This document shows, in pieces, positions 48,053-61,387 of a stretch of 64,000 nucleotides of DNA (the stretch's first letter is position 1; the number at the start of each line of letters is the position of its first letter). Source of the stretch: Bispira polyomma (lineage: Eukaryota); the NCBI GenBank assembly GCA_965649765.1, contig OZ287749.1:51522001-51586000 (forward strand), written 5' to 3'. The notes below the pieces were generated by a model. It was given only the letters and a program-made list of their open reading frames with translations, ran no database searches and had not been told where the DNA came from. A program made the translations under genes and the position numbers.

Positions 48053-50573
48053 AGCAAAGAACACTAATATTTGAAATAAGACTTTAATAACTTCAAAAAA
48101 TAATTTTGAATGATTGTCAAATATGTTCTATTATTGCCCCGGCAATAGGAAGTGATTATTTAAAAAAATTTGCAAACTTTAATGCTTGTATGTACAAACT
48201 TTACATGCAATACACAGCACAGTCTGTGTTCTGTACATAGAATTAAACTGTAATGCAGGTTGTTCTATGCCTAAGGGCAATACATCAACAACAATGACTT
48301 GTTTTGTACAAGAACTCCCCCAGTGGTCAGTTGTATAGTGACTCAATTAAAGTGCTCATGAATAATTTAACTGAGATCGAGTATCTTTAGGTCAAATTCT
48401 TTTGGCATTAAAGTTATAAGTTATGCTATTAACTTCTCAGAATACCTTTTTGCTGACATAAACGCCTTGGAGGTATAGGTTATTATTTTCATTTTTTTAC
48501 AAAAAGGCGGCTATTCACTAGTGTAAACAGTGTTATTGGGGTGTACCTTAAATTAGGTCTACTTTTAAGCTGTACACAAAACTGGGTGTATTTTTCAGGA
48601 CAAGTTTCTGTAAATACAAAGGGCACAACACAAGTAATATGGCAGCTTAAATACAGTGGTTAAATCCATGTTTGTTTACATTCTCAGCACGGCAAACATA
48701 TATAACATTGTTGTATTCAAGTTTGCTCAGAGAATACTAAAGATATGAATTTCACTGGTGGTATTTTGTCAAGTTAATGTGAGACACTGGGTCAGATCAT
48801 CTATTTTATCCCAAAAATGGTGTAATATTAAGTATCATATTTTTAACATGGATATATGGCAGGAATAAAAGGCATTGCAAAATTTACTGAATTAAAGTAG
48901 GATTGTACATTTTGCAAAAATGTCTATATTGTGTCTTTGTCATTAACCTGCATTGCTCTATAGTTTGTTTGTTTTTAAAATGCACCTCATAAGATCAATT
49001 ATGTGGTGTAATTTATATTGAATGAAAGAAGTACTGCTGGATTGTGACTAGGTATTTAACTACAGTATCTGCTGAAATATTACCATTCAGTGATCTAAAA
49101 TCTCTTTAGAAGAATGAGCGAATATAATTAAAAGGTAGGGGGCTTAAATACAGGGAATACAGTATATTCTATACAAGTAAAAATGGATTTGATTCTCAAA
49201 TTAAACATTTTGCCTTTTTCAAAACTTATAAATTTAAATGGACTTATACCAGTACACATGGAGTACAATGTAAGACTATTAAAATATTTTACACAAGATA
49301 TTTTTGTAAAATTAGTTTGTGACATATTTGACTGATCTTTGCTACCTGAATTTATGTTTATATTATCTCACACAACTGCTAGCCTGAGTGCAGTCTAGTC
49401 TTGCCCACCTTATGAAAGCTAAAAATAGAACAGCATAAGATTCCTATCATAGCATTTAATGTCAAATGAAATTAAGAAACTCCTCTTGAAAATCAAGACT
49501 TCCAGATAAATCAAAACAGACATTAAAGATCTAAGTTATTTGAGTCCACAATAATCAATATAAAAATTGATCTAATAAAAAGATTGTTTGATAATTTTAT
49601 ATTACCACGGTCTTATTAAAAGTATGTGTACCAATTCAAGTTAGAGTGACAAGAGAAAAAAATCAGGCAATATTCTTTTAGTTGCGCGGACAAAATAACG
49701 GTGGACAAAATACCGGTCAAATTTAACAAAATGCCAGCCGAGTTTCTTTGGAGTTCTTTGGTACACTTTTTTTGTATTTTCTCTGGTGGTTGTCTGTGGG
49801 TTGCTTAAAGTAAAATAGTAGTGACCAGTGTTAAGAAGGCCAAACCATTAAGCATGCCACAAAAGTGTCTGAAGTCTTTATCTTTTTTAGAGATCTTTTA
49901 GTCCAAGCCCTTGACCTTTGCGCCATGTAGTTTTAAAGTAAAGGAATTTGTGTAAAATGGTAAAAGCATAAAATTGTTTATAGTATTGTATCACAACATA
50001 TTTTTTTTGCAAATATAATATGATGACATTGTTAATAGTACTGTTTTATCAAAACATTAGTTGTAAATATAATGTCTTTGAAATGTTTTAATGTTTTGAC
50101 TACTGGCATTTTGTCAACCCACCCAAAAAATCGGCCGGCTTTCTTTCGAGTTCATATTAAGTATCTATTGCTTTGTAACTGAACACAAAAACAACAACTG
50201 ATACTTGCTTACTTTATAAAAATACTATATTTTTCAGTAAAATATTTTATTCTTGAGACATATTTAGACAGCTTTTTTTTACAAATGCCATATGCTTCTT
50301 CACAAATAATTTCAGCGTTAATAATTCATGCCACAATATCTACATCTAGTTACATATTTTTAGAATAATAAATTTTATCTTTATCTTTTATATACAACAA
50401 TACACTAATTAAACATCTCTATTTTAACACAAATGACTTAATATAAGAAATCTTATATGCTATTTTAAAAATCAAATGCTAACAAGAAATAGAATTATTC
50501 AAAATCTCTCTACATATAGTATATAACTTCATTACAGATTGTCCTTGATTTATTCACTTTACTTCTGCCAAAG

Positions 50574-53500
50574 TTACTGACAGTTTCTATTTTTAGAAAC
50601 TCCCTCTGTGTTGGGATCAAACTCTGCCTGGCTGATGTAGTGACTGTAGAGGTAACAGTTACATCCGTACCAGCGCTCGCGGACACTGTAGGCCATACAG
50701 TAGCCCCAGGGATGGTCTTTGAGGCACAGAGATTCACACCTGTCAATAAATGCACATCTTAGTCAATACAAATTAAAGATTGGCTGGTACTTGGTTTAAT
50801 TCAGTGTTTTGGTGGTCATACCATCATCTAGCAGTCAGGGAAATGGTCTTTTAATCAAAAGGTCTTTGGACCGACTCCCAGTAAATTGATGTTTCTTTGT
50901 CAGTTTTTAACAAATACAGTGATCATTAGAGGATAACATACTCGGGCAAGATATGAAGAAATGAATTAACTTCCAAAGAGAAGCAACACATTGTAATAAT
51001 AGGATTGTTACTTGTTGGTAAACAAGTACTTTAAATTAACCATTGTTAATAAGTAAGTATTCATAAATCATCAGATTTCTGTGACTGACCCTTTCAGTTC
51101 TATTTGAGATATGTCAGAAACAAATCTCAAATATAAGAAGGGATAAAACAGTACAAGGCCACTGATATTCTTCACTACAAAAGCAAATGAAGACATTAAC
51201 AAATTAGGTAACATTACTGTTTATTTGTGACTTATATTTTCGTTTGTGGGACGCACTAAAACTTCAAACTTCTGTCAAATATTCTACTTTATCAACTTTA
51301 AAAAATTCATGTGTTTCCATATTTTTTAACCAATTCAGTTTTGTTTTAGTTAGTAGCCCTCTATTATGCGAGTAGGATGTTCTTGCTCCAATTGATTATG
51401 ATAACAGTGGTCTTACTGCGATTTTAGTTCTTTAATTTTCTATATGTTAATGGCACCTCGCTTTAATTCAGCTTTAATTTGAATGATACTACTTCCGAGT
51501 ATGAAAATACGTGTTTCTAATAGAGGGGGCCAGCAGTCTCATATTCTTTAAAATTAAAAGTAAAATTGAATCACAGACAAAAGTCTGCATGCCATAAACA
51601 ATCATTATGGGCTAACAAATGTTAAACCTTTGAGAATTATAAATTTTATGTTAACAAAGCACAATCAATAAAAAATACTTGTAGATTACACTTACTTGGT
51701 TTCACACCCGATCACGAACCACTCCTTATCACGATAATCTTCATGTACGGCCTGCTTTCCGACCATATGAAACGTTTCATCCACTGCGCAGGGAGTATTT
51801 GCTGGTAAAAAAGGCGGTGAGATATTGTTACATGTCAAGTAGTGGGTAAAAATATACACATGCTAGAACAAAGTTATTTTCTGTGTGATTATTATATATT
51901 TAGGGGCGAATAGACCTGGCCGATTTTGCTTCCAAATCTGTCATGCGATTAAAGTAATTTTAAAGTAGTAAGATTATTTCAATGACTTTACTCCTTCCTG
52001 CGTCCTAGTGGATATGGAGTTGGTCTGGTGATAAGAAAGTCCCTGGTTTTACCCCCCGGTTAGGCGAGCTGGTCTGGTGATTGGAAGATCCGGATTGGAA
52101 GGTCCTGTTTGGCTCACCTTCGACTCCCGCTAATGCTGATTGGTGGGATAACATTCTTAGCCAATGTGTGACCACACCATATTGCCTATTGGTGATGATT
52201 CAGGCTTTGTCGTAGGACTATCCCTTTAGAGAAAGAACTCCTTAGAGGATGATATGCTGTATAAATGCTTCAGTAATAACTAGCATATTTTCTTGTTAAA
52301 AAAAATATTTTAAATTCCAATACTGACAATAACATAATTATGCATATTGTTGATGTAATTCCGAAGTTAGATGCTGAAATTGTGTCATAATAGTATTTCA
52401 GATTCAGTTTATTCGACAACATTTATTTCTTCAACCATTTAAAATAACTTAGATAAGCTTATGCAGACACTAATGAACATCTATTGTGCTTTTTAAATGG
52501 CATTGGTCATCATCAAAAACAAAATTGTGCTCAAAAAACTATACTTTCCCCCGAATGTAGTGTAACTTACTACCGTGCTACTCATTTTTCCTTCAGTAAC
52601 CTTAAGAGAGGAAAGAGAGTCTCAGTTTCCTCTGTGGGATCAACCAAGAGGGCTGGATCTAGAGTTTTCTCAAATGCTGCCCCTATATTATGGAATAGTC
52701 TCCCAGTTGAGCTTAGATCACTAGAAACACTATCTGGGTTTAGGAGAAAACATAAAACCTATATTTTCAACCTCCCTTATCCCCTTTAATTCCCTCCCTG
52801 TAGACCACAACATCCTTCCTTATGACATGGCTATGTTTAGGGACTTCTTCTTATATGAAGATTGAGAGGAGTAACATAGCTCCACTGAGGACTATTTTAT
52901 TTTTATTGGGAAGTGCGATATTAAACTATAAATCCATACTCCCTCAGCCACTTTTTTTTTACATTAAACCTATGTTAAGAGAAAATGTTTTATAAAGACT
53001 ACTATTTATGCTTGCACACTTCACTCCTCCTGGTCTTTATAGACGAGTTTAATTACCTTTACTATCCAAACATGTCAGCAAAGCAAGATTTTATTTAGTT
53101 AACAGAAGGTTTGTAAAACAGTAGAGGCATTTCAGTATTAAACAAGAGGATATTAAACATTTGTGAGAGTAAAAATTAGTTCCAAAAATCAACTGTTCCA
53201 ATAATACATTTGTAGAAGTTTGGACAACAGAGGTTATACTGTAATAATCTAATAGGGGTACTTACACTTCCCGCAGGCTACCAGACAAGTGTGTTCACTT
53301 GGGAACTTGTTGTCATTTCCTTCACAGCCTCCATAGGTGAACTGTTCACAGCGTCTTGTGGCAGGATTGTAGTACCACAGACGGATGTTAGCCATACAAC
53401 TACCAGTTACTGGGCTCAGAGAACAGATGTCTTCTGTGGATTTATAGCAAATTTTGCATTAAGAAATGTAAACAAATACAGTAGAACCTCTATTATCCAA

Positions 53501-56500
53501 ACATGTTGCTAGAGCAAGATTTTGTTGAGATAATAGAAGGATTAAGGTTTTTAAAAGAGAATAGGCATTTTAATATAAAACTATAGAAGAAAATATTTGG
53601 AAGACTGAAAATGAGTTCATAAAAATAGAATATTCAGGTAACAAAAGTTTAGATAATAGAGGTTCTACTATATTGAATCAGTCAGGACATCGTATTTAGT
53701 TGTATTCGTTTAGCGAGATTGCCAACAGTATCATGATGAACCTCTTCATCATTCACAGGTAATGCAAATTAATGGTCATCATCTTCTAAGATACAGAAAT
53801 ACAAGAGAGTGAAACCCCTTTAACTGTGTTAATTGTACTTCTGTGTTCTGTGGAGGAAAAGATAGAGCTCAACCAGAGCATTGTCTTTTAAAATGTACCC
53901 TCTTAAGTTTAGAAGTCCTACTTAAATGGAGGCATTTCTTCTGAGGTGATATTTATTTAAACTTTCAAAAATCTCAAAAACCTTTTGAATATGTCCCATT
54001 ATATCTTTGTGTACAAGAAAAATATCTAAAATCTGACTGCATTTTAAAGTTCCTCGCTGAGAGCTCGATCAAAATGTCTTGTTTAAATTTGCAACTTTTG
54101 ATAAATGCCAACTCTGGTCCTGTCAGATCTGTGAGATTCAACCAAAAAGGGTTCAACTGGATCGAAACGAATCACTGGATTTGGCAAACGTCTACATAAC
54201 GCTGAACCATAAGAACAACACTTGAACCCTAAGGCTGTGACAGTAGGGAGAATCACTTTCAACATGGCCGTGCCCTGTCCAGTGAATTGTAGAATTTACC
54301 CTTCAACTGTGTGATTGTTTTACCTGATGAACATGTACGAATACATTCATGCTCTGTAGAGAACCTGTTCCTGCTTCCTTTACATCCCCCATATATAAAT
54401 CGCTCACAAGTACCAGTTGTATCATTGAAATACCACTGTGGTATTTTAGCCCTACATCTGCCAGTGGCTGGAGGTTGTTTGCACACATCTGAAGAGACAC
54501 ATGGTTTCCAGTTTAAATACAGAAATACATAATTAAGACATTAATTTTAATCATTCTCAAAAAGTTACTGCTTGTGAAAACCATTTTACGAAAAGTTTGT
54601 TGCTACAGATATTTTTGTATTGTGGATTTTTAAGACTTACATCAGATTTGATAAACCAATAATTACCATTGTAATACATAACCAAATGGTCATCATCAGT
54701 AGACATCACTGTCCACCACGATCTTTATGGTGTTACTATGAGTTGAAGTGGGGAACCTTCTGATCATAAGACTATTCAGTACTTCCACTATTAACTATTC
54801 AGTTAGCTTGTGGACATTCAAAGTGCTAATCAACCTCTTCTTGACTGTCCGAGTATAACCAACAAGCACCAGAGAAAAGCATTTATCAACATCCCCAAGG
54901 TTCTTTAACCTGCCACTGGGGTATTAAAATCCAATAACTAGGGACTGCAATTTTAAATGGTCATGCAGGTCACTACGTATTTGTCTGTATGTGGTTGCCC
55001 GAGACTGTGCATGAACCTATGTCCTCTGCATTCTTAAGCGAGTGTATACTACCCAAATTGCCACAGTGGCAATGCACTGGAGGAATGTAAAACATGATAA
55101 TTGGTTCATCAACTGCTCATCGACAGACACAGTTCACTGGACTAGAAACTTCTATCAGCTGTTAGTTGACAAACAGAATAAAGACGAGGGCAACAGGAAG
55201 TAAAGTAGAACCTCTATGATCCAATCAAGTTTGGAGAGCAAGATTCATCAAATAAAAGAGGCCTTTTAAGATTAAAATATAGATAAATATAAATTTGGGA
55301 GAGTATAATTATGTGGTTAATTGAAATTCAGATGACAGAGGTTCTACTGTAAATTTCAGTGGATGTTCTTTCACCTAAACATGTGTCCAAACATCCCTCT
55401 TGTGTGGGGAATCTATTCCTGCTTCCTTTACATCCACCGTATATAAACTGCTCACAAGTACTAGTCGTATCATTGTAATACCACTGTGGTATCCTGGCCC
55501 TGCAGCTGCCAGTAGCTGGAGGTTGTTTGCAGATTTCTTCAAAACAATAATGATGTATCATTATGTGGTGGTGGTGATTTTACAAATTATTAAGAAGTCC
55601 ATCTCTATTTAGATCACTTATGTTATGTTACAATTACCAGTACTCTTAAAAACAGAAATTTGGACCTGAAAATGACTTTTGAAATGGATTTGCTCATATC
55701 AATGACATTTTCTTATACATGTACATTACATGTCATGTGGTTTGTTTAAATTTTATACATGTAATAATTTATACCAATTAATTAAATAGATTATTACAAC
55801 AAATGTGTACATGTTGGTAATAGTAAGTTCATTTTAATATTTATTTTAACAGGATAAACTAGAGTGGCATCCACTGTTGCATTTTAGCTTAGATTTATAA
55901 AACTTGCACCTATTGTTTTCGCTCTGACCAGATGTTTCATGTCTTGAATCATTTGAAAATATTCAACTTTTGGAATAATTTTTTACTTAGTTTGCTGACA
56001 TTTAGTGTATCAATCTTTCTTGAATCTATCTTCAACTGAACCAGCATTTTTTAGTATAAATTTGAAATAATTGATAGCAGGCAAGCTCTTTATTTATAGG
56101 CAGCCGTCTGTGATAATTCAAAATAACAGTTATCTTCAAATTCAATAGGTAATTTTTTTGACTGTTCTTCATCTGGTCCAATAGAATCGTTAAACTGAGG
56201 AACCACATCTTACCTCTAATTGTATTTAAAAGACCAGCATCCAATATAGGCTATTCTGAGTCATTGATGAGATTTACCTTCCACAGAAGCCACAGTTCAC
56301 AATTTTTTAATCGAAAGAAGAGTTTAGAAAGGGTACTATAGTTATGATACTACCTTCAAAAGTAGTGTGGCCTGTACAGACATGTAATTGAGTCTTTGAT
56401 GATACAGTAGAACCTCTTATTATCTGTTTTACGGACCTTCTATTATCCAGACAAATTTTCACTCTCCCAATATGGTCGGATAATAGAGGTTCTATTGTAT

Positions 56501-57705
56501 TTGGATGTTGTAAAACCCACAGTTAACTGTTCACAATAATATCAAAGAAACGTTTTACAAAAAGTAGCTTATTAATTTAAGTCTTGATTTAATTACATAG
56601 TAATTTAAAATAATTTTTTATCATTTTTTAAATAATTTACTTTTAAATTAAAAAGAAATGAGCGGTTTTTTTTTACTATAGGGAAACCAAAAGTTTGACT
56701 ACACTTGTGAAAATAGGCAAACATGTACATATAGATTACATGTGATGTGACTGATGCATAAGAGAACGACTGATGAAAACATTGATAGTTATCAGACAAG
56801 TGATAAATGAAACACTTGAATAAAATGTTCACATTACACATGTTTACTGAAATCACCACCAGTAAACTTGAGAAATAATAGAGGCCAAAAACCAGTAAAT
56901 ATGCGTATTTACTGAAATTTTTAGGGATTACGATTATTTACTGACTAAACCAAATTTTCAGTAAGTACTTGTATTTACTGATTTCGCATATTTACTGTGA
57001 CATATACAAAGTTATATAATCCTGTGAAGTCGAACCCAATAAACAACTAAATCTACTTTAACAGGATTTCATAAAAAGAGAGAATTCTAGTTATCAGAGT
57101 TTTACTTACTAGGGACTTGGCTGTAATAATTGAGTGGGACTTCTCAAAACTATTCAATTGTACAAACTCATTCTGCTTTCCCATAGTAATATTGTATTCC
57201 TATTGTTTTATCTCCAGTGCCTTTTCTATTCTATGTGCCTTCTATATTATTCAGCCTATATATCTTACACCCCTCCCTAACATGTTCAGATAATAGAGGT
57301 CTGACACCATCACTAATATAAATGGGACAACTAACTTTTCTCCACCAGTTATTTACTTATGCAATAGTTAAACTCCTGGTTAATTTGTTTTCAAAATTAA
57401 CAGTATTACTTATAATGGCCACTTAAGATGTATCGAAAAAATGCCTATACTTATGATAATTAATTGAGGTATATTTTTAAGGTATATATATTCTTCTGGT
57501 AGTAACCATTGCTATTAACTGCTATGATTGAGCATAGGATTAACACTAACATACAACATGTAGTTTATATACAGAAAACATATTACATGTGTTGTGTTAT
57601 ATTAAACTGTAAATAATTACCCAAGGCATCCTGGTCTTGTGATGCTTGCACACACAAACTGCTCCCTACTAATATGATGACCATTTTCATGAACACCCCT
57701 GCCAT
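50574..57705 (-). CDS. Secreted protease inhibitor: signal peptide, 3 Kunitz domains and a C-terminal PAN/Apple-like domain (6 coding exons, 283 aa)
   Basis: Minus-strand exons 57705-57621 (MAGVFMKMVIILVGSSLCVQA..), 55536-55375 (Kunitz 1, GSCRAR), 54488-54324 (Kunitz 2, GRCRAK), 53433-53266 (Kunitz 3, GSCMAN..YGGCEGNDNKF; absent from the ORF track), 51801-51696 and 50739-50574 (PC..GCETKCESLC..YCMAYS..GCNCYLY..NCQ*). Phases 1,1,1,1,2 are all compatible, 852 nt. Confidence 0.85.
52590..52937 (+). mobile_element. 3' fragment of an L2/CR1-group LINE, antisense in an inhibitor intron
   Basis: GSRVFSNAAPILWNSLPVELRSLETLSGFRRKHKTYIF matches the ORF2 C-terminal pattern G-x-R-x-FS-x-AAP-x-LWN-x-LP...FK-x-x-LKT-x-LF; followed by a 3'UTR-like end. 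Confidence 0.8.
53478..53671. mobile_element. Tc1/pogo-type MITE (representative of a locally abundant family)
   Basis: TA|CAGTAGAACCTCTATTATC...GATAATAGAGGTTCTACTA|TA; relatives at ~34297-34487, 37199-37393, 41606-41783, 42821-42991, 44528-44694, 53055-53243, 55203-55351, 56403-56499, and partial copies near 57300, 58310, 59465, 61280. Confidence 0.8.
56403..56499. mobile_element. Tc1/pogo-type MITE, short copy
   Basis: TACAGTAGAACCTC...GAGGTTCTATTGTA. Confidence 0.75.
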
Positions 57706-58463
57706 TGTAGCCTATATGTATCCTGGAAATTGTGAAACAACCTCATACACCTAAAGAGATTGTTTATAGTCTTCAGGGTTACAACCATAAATATATATGT
57801 TTTCTCCCCCAAAATAGTGAGTTTTTAATCACTAAAGATGACTTTTAGATATACTTTGGGCTTAAATGTCACTTACAACAACCGTGTATGAAATTACAAT
57901 ATTCAATTTATTGGTGGAGGAAAGCAAAACATGGGTATAGTTGTATGGTCAAGATTTCTGAACTATAAACCAGCAAGTCTAGTGCCAACTTTCCAATATA
58001 CATAACATGGCTTTAGAGTTTAAACACACTACTGTAGAGTTAGAAGGCTACTGTAGATTAATTTTGGCTAAAATAAAGTTTCTTTAAAGTGAATCACGGT
58101 AGAACGTACCCTCTACTATAACATCTACTGTATTAATTGTCAATATTATAGACTCATAGTCACTCTGAATTTCTTACTTTCCGATTATGTTGTACTAAAT
58201 AACATAAGTAATAATTTTATTGTATGGACTTTTCGCATTATGTTGTACTAAATAAAATAAGTAATAATTTAGCTCCTCCAAGGTCTCCAGATAAACAGGG
58301 TTCCACTGTATTGCACCCATTTTACTTGAGTTTTACCATTCCATGTTTATAATGTGCTTAATAATACCTTTAATTTAAATTTTTTCTTTATTTCAGAATT
58401 TATTTTAACTGTTATTAATCAGTTCAAAAAGTTTAACTTTAATTCAAGATTTTAAACATAGGA

Positions 58464-58565
58464 CTCAAACTCCATATTTTTTAACTCAAACTCCATATTT
58501 TTTAACAAACTCCATATTTTTTAACTCAAACTCCATATTTTTTAACTCAAAACTCCATATTTTTG
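58464..58565. repeat. ~21-bp minisatellite x5
   Basis: CTCAAACTCCATATTTTTTAA units. Confidence 0.9.
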
Positions 58566-61387
58566 GGCATGATTGGCATACCGAATTGAGTATCCTAGTA
58601 ATATCTTTATTTTCTAAATCACAATATACTATATGTGCTGCTTTAAATTAATCACTATACCCATCACGTAAGTGACAACAGTACATGGAATGTGAAGATG
58701 AATATGCAGTGATTAAGAATGTATCCAACTACATCTAGTTACATCATTTAATCACAAATTAGAGACTTTTTAAAATGTAACACCTCAAGAAAAATGCTGT
58801 TTACAAGTTTCTTTTAAATTACATAGTATGTACATCTTATGTTACAGCTAAATAAACAAGTTGCAATTAAGAATAGAAAAACTTGGTTACCTTGTATAGT
58901 GATATTTCCTTCCAACAAATACGTAAATAAACAATGGACAGTAAATTCATTTGTTTACAAAAAGTCACGAGTCACTCGCACTCAGTTTGTTAAATTAGTA
59001 CTGCAATTTCCTGACTTCAAATCCCACATAGACACAAATTGCTATAAAGTTTAGTAGCCCCCCCCCCCTCCTCCCCTCTTATGCCCCTATTGTCAAGAAC
59101 AATTCTCAGAATTATCTTGATGTGGCAAAATCATATGGTGATGGTTCAGTATACTGGTATTATATTTTAACCACACAAAAATGTATTTTGTCCTGAAAAA
59201 GACAAAACATTTAGGTGAACATATTTGTAAGATATGTAATCTAAAAAAATAGCTTACTTTCATTTCTTTATTAAATTTGCCATTTGTATATTGAAGATGT
59301 ATACTATTCTTACTTCCATTATTCAACTTTATAAACTCATTCACTCTTCCTAAAGTATGTTTTCCTATTGTTTTAGTCTCAAATGCCTTTTTTGTTTCAT
59401 GAAGCTTCTTTATCTAAGCAAAATGTTGCTCTCCCAAAATGTTTGGATAATAGAGTACTACTGTACCATGTTGAAAATGTGAATGGGAACCTGGACTTAT
59501 CAATATTACTCATCACATTTTATTTGCCACTCAACTAGCCATGCAGAGGCCCTGGGTGAGATTTAAGCCTAAGACTTCGCCAAGTCCCTTCGTGAATACG
59601 GGCCTAGGCTTAAATCCAAGCTGGGGAGACAAGGTACACCCAATTGATTTAGTTATTTCTCCTACAGTGGCTCAGTGGATAAGGGAGAGGGATTATTCTG
59701 GTTCTTTAAGAACTCTTTAATTTAGCAATTTCCCTAAGATAACTACTCAGACGTACCTGTTTAACTGTTTGATACTATAATCACAATTTATATGTATTTT
59801 AGTCTAATAAACCATGAAACAAAAAATGTGGCAAAATCTATAGACCCCTGTGGCAAAATCTATAGACCCCTGTGGCAAAATCTTAGCCCTTAGAAAACTG
59901 TGGCGAAATCAATGCGTGTCAAAATCATGTGTGGCAAAATCAACGTACACCCAAATGAATATATAGCGGTCATGCATGATTGGGTCTTATCGCCCAGTGG
60001 CAGGCTGGAGAACCCTATGAACATTGATAAATGGTCATCCCCAACCACTTCCTTCAGTTAAGGAAATGACAGTTTCTGGCAGTGGTTGGCTATGCTTCGG
60101 CATTCAAGAAAAAGCTAATTAGCACTTTCTCCACCAGATAAAGGTAGATAAATATTCTAAGTATAAATTTTTAATACAATACAACGCGACAAATATCAAT
60201 GGATAAAGTTTTCTAAAATACATAGAAATTGTTTACATTGTGACAAAAGACAACCTGAAAATGTACACCGAAAACTTGCCCAAAAAATAGCCAGCAAATA
60301 CGAAACTTTGAACCATGACATAGTATTTAATTTCTGTAATGGGAGTAAATAGTTCCAAGTGTACTGTATATTTTTATTTGAATATCAGTCATTTGTAACT
60401 TGTTTATTCTGGCAGAATTTGATAAATTTAATAGTATCATATGTATTTCAACTTGGTCCACAATTGTCATCATTTACAATGACATTAAAGCAGATTTCAT
60501 TGACTTTTCAGAAATATAATTCAACCAGTTTACCGTCCACCTTCATCCCAATATAACCTTCGGACATCCACTTGGTGAACCATTTAATCATAATAGTAAA
60601 TAAGCAGTGCCACATTGGGAAGCTATAGGACTATCTATTGTGGGAGTTTTTATACAATAAATAATGTGTGTGTGGGTCTACATTATGATTGATGAAATGT
60701 TCAGGATGTGTACAGACATTTATATAAAATTAACAACAGACTGAAACTATTTAAAGTCATGAGCATCAGCAATGGTTTCCCCATAAGCCAATAATAAACT
60801 AATTTAGCAAACCTGTTTAAAACAGGGACTATTTCGGTGTTTAAAGTAAATTAAGTGATAAATAATCCCTCAAAATTATCCCCTTTATGCAGACAATATG
60901 GTCAGGAGATTCATTAATTCATTTTGTTGATGCTAAAATCCACCTTGTGTACAAAATCAAACAGACTCCAGCAATTTTTTTATTTGTTCAAATTATTATC
61001 TATACAGAAACTTGCATACTTAATATGCAGTATTTAACCTGTTTTTGTTGATTTTCATCACCTTGCATCCTACCCCCAATCTTATTAAGAGGTACAATGT
61101 CTATGTCATGACCTCACATCATTGTTATATATACCGGCACAATAAAACTTCTAATCTTCAAACTTCTTTTAGCCAACTATTTGATTTTTTAATGCTAAAG
61201 TTCCTGGCTATTTTATAAAGTAAATTTATCCAAACAAAATATTGCTCTCCGATGGTGGTCAGATAATAGAGCTTCCACTATTCTTTCCCATTGTACTGTA
61301 TATTTACATTGATCTAGTACTGGCGAATTATGAGATTTATGCTAATACACACATGGCAGTTATAAAACTCTGAAAGTTTTTTTGTGG

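Noticed and set aside
48053-48064. GTG start given in the ORF track for the sulfotransferase
   Set aside because: Eukaryotic gene; the first in-frame ATG is at 48052, directly before the membrane anchor.
53680-53790. Possible extra acidic exons of the Kunitz gene (also ~56090-56208)
   Set aside because: Both hit in-frame stops and lack convincing donors; the model splices in frame without them. Alternative terminal exons cannot be excluded without RNA data.
58893-58990. Candidate non-coding first exon of the Kunitz-PAN gene
   Set aside because: A donor-like AAG|GTAACC exists on the minus strand and an acceptor precedes the ATG exon at 57722, but the evidence is too thin to call.
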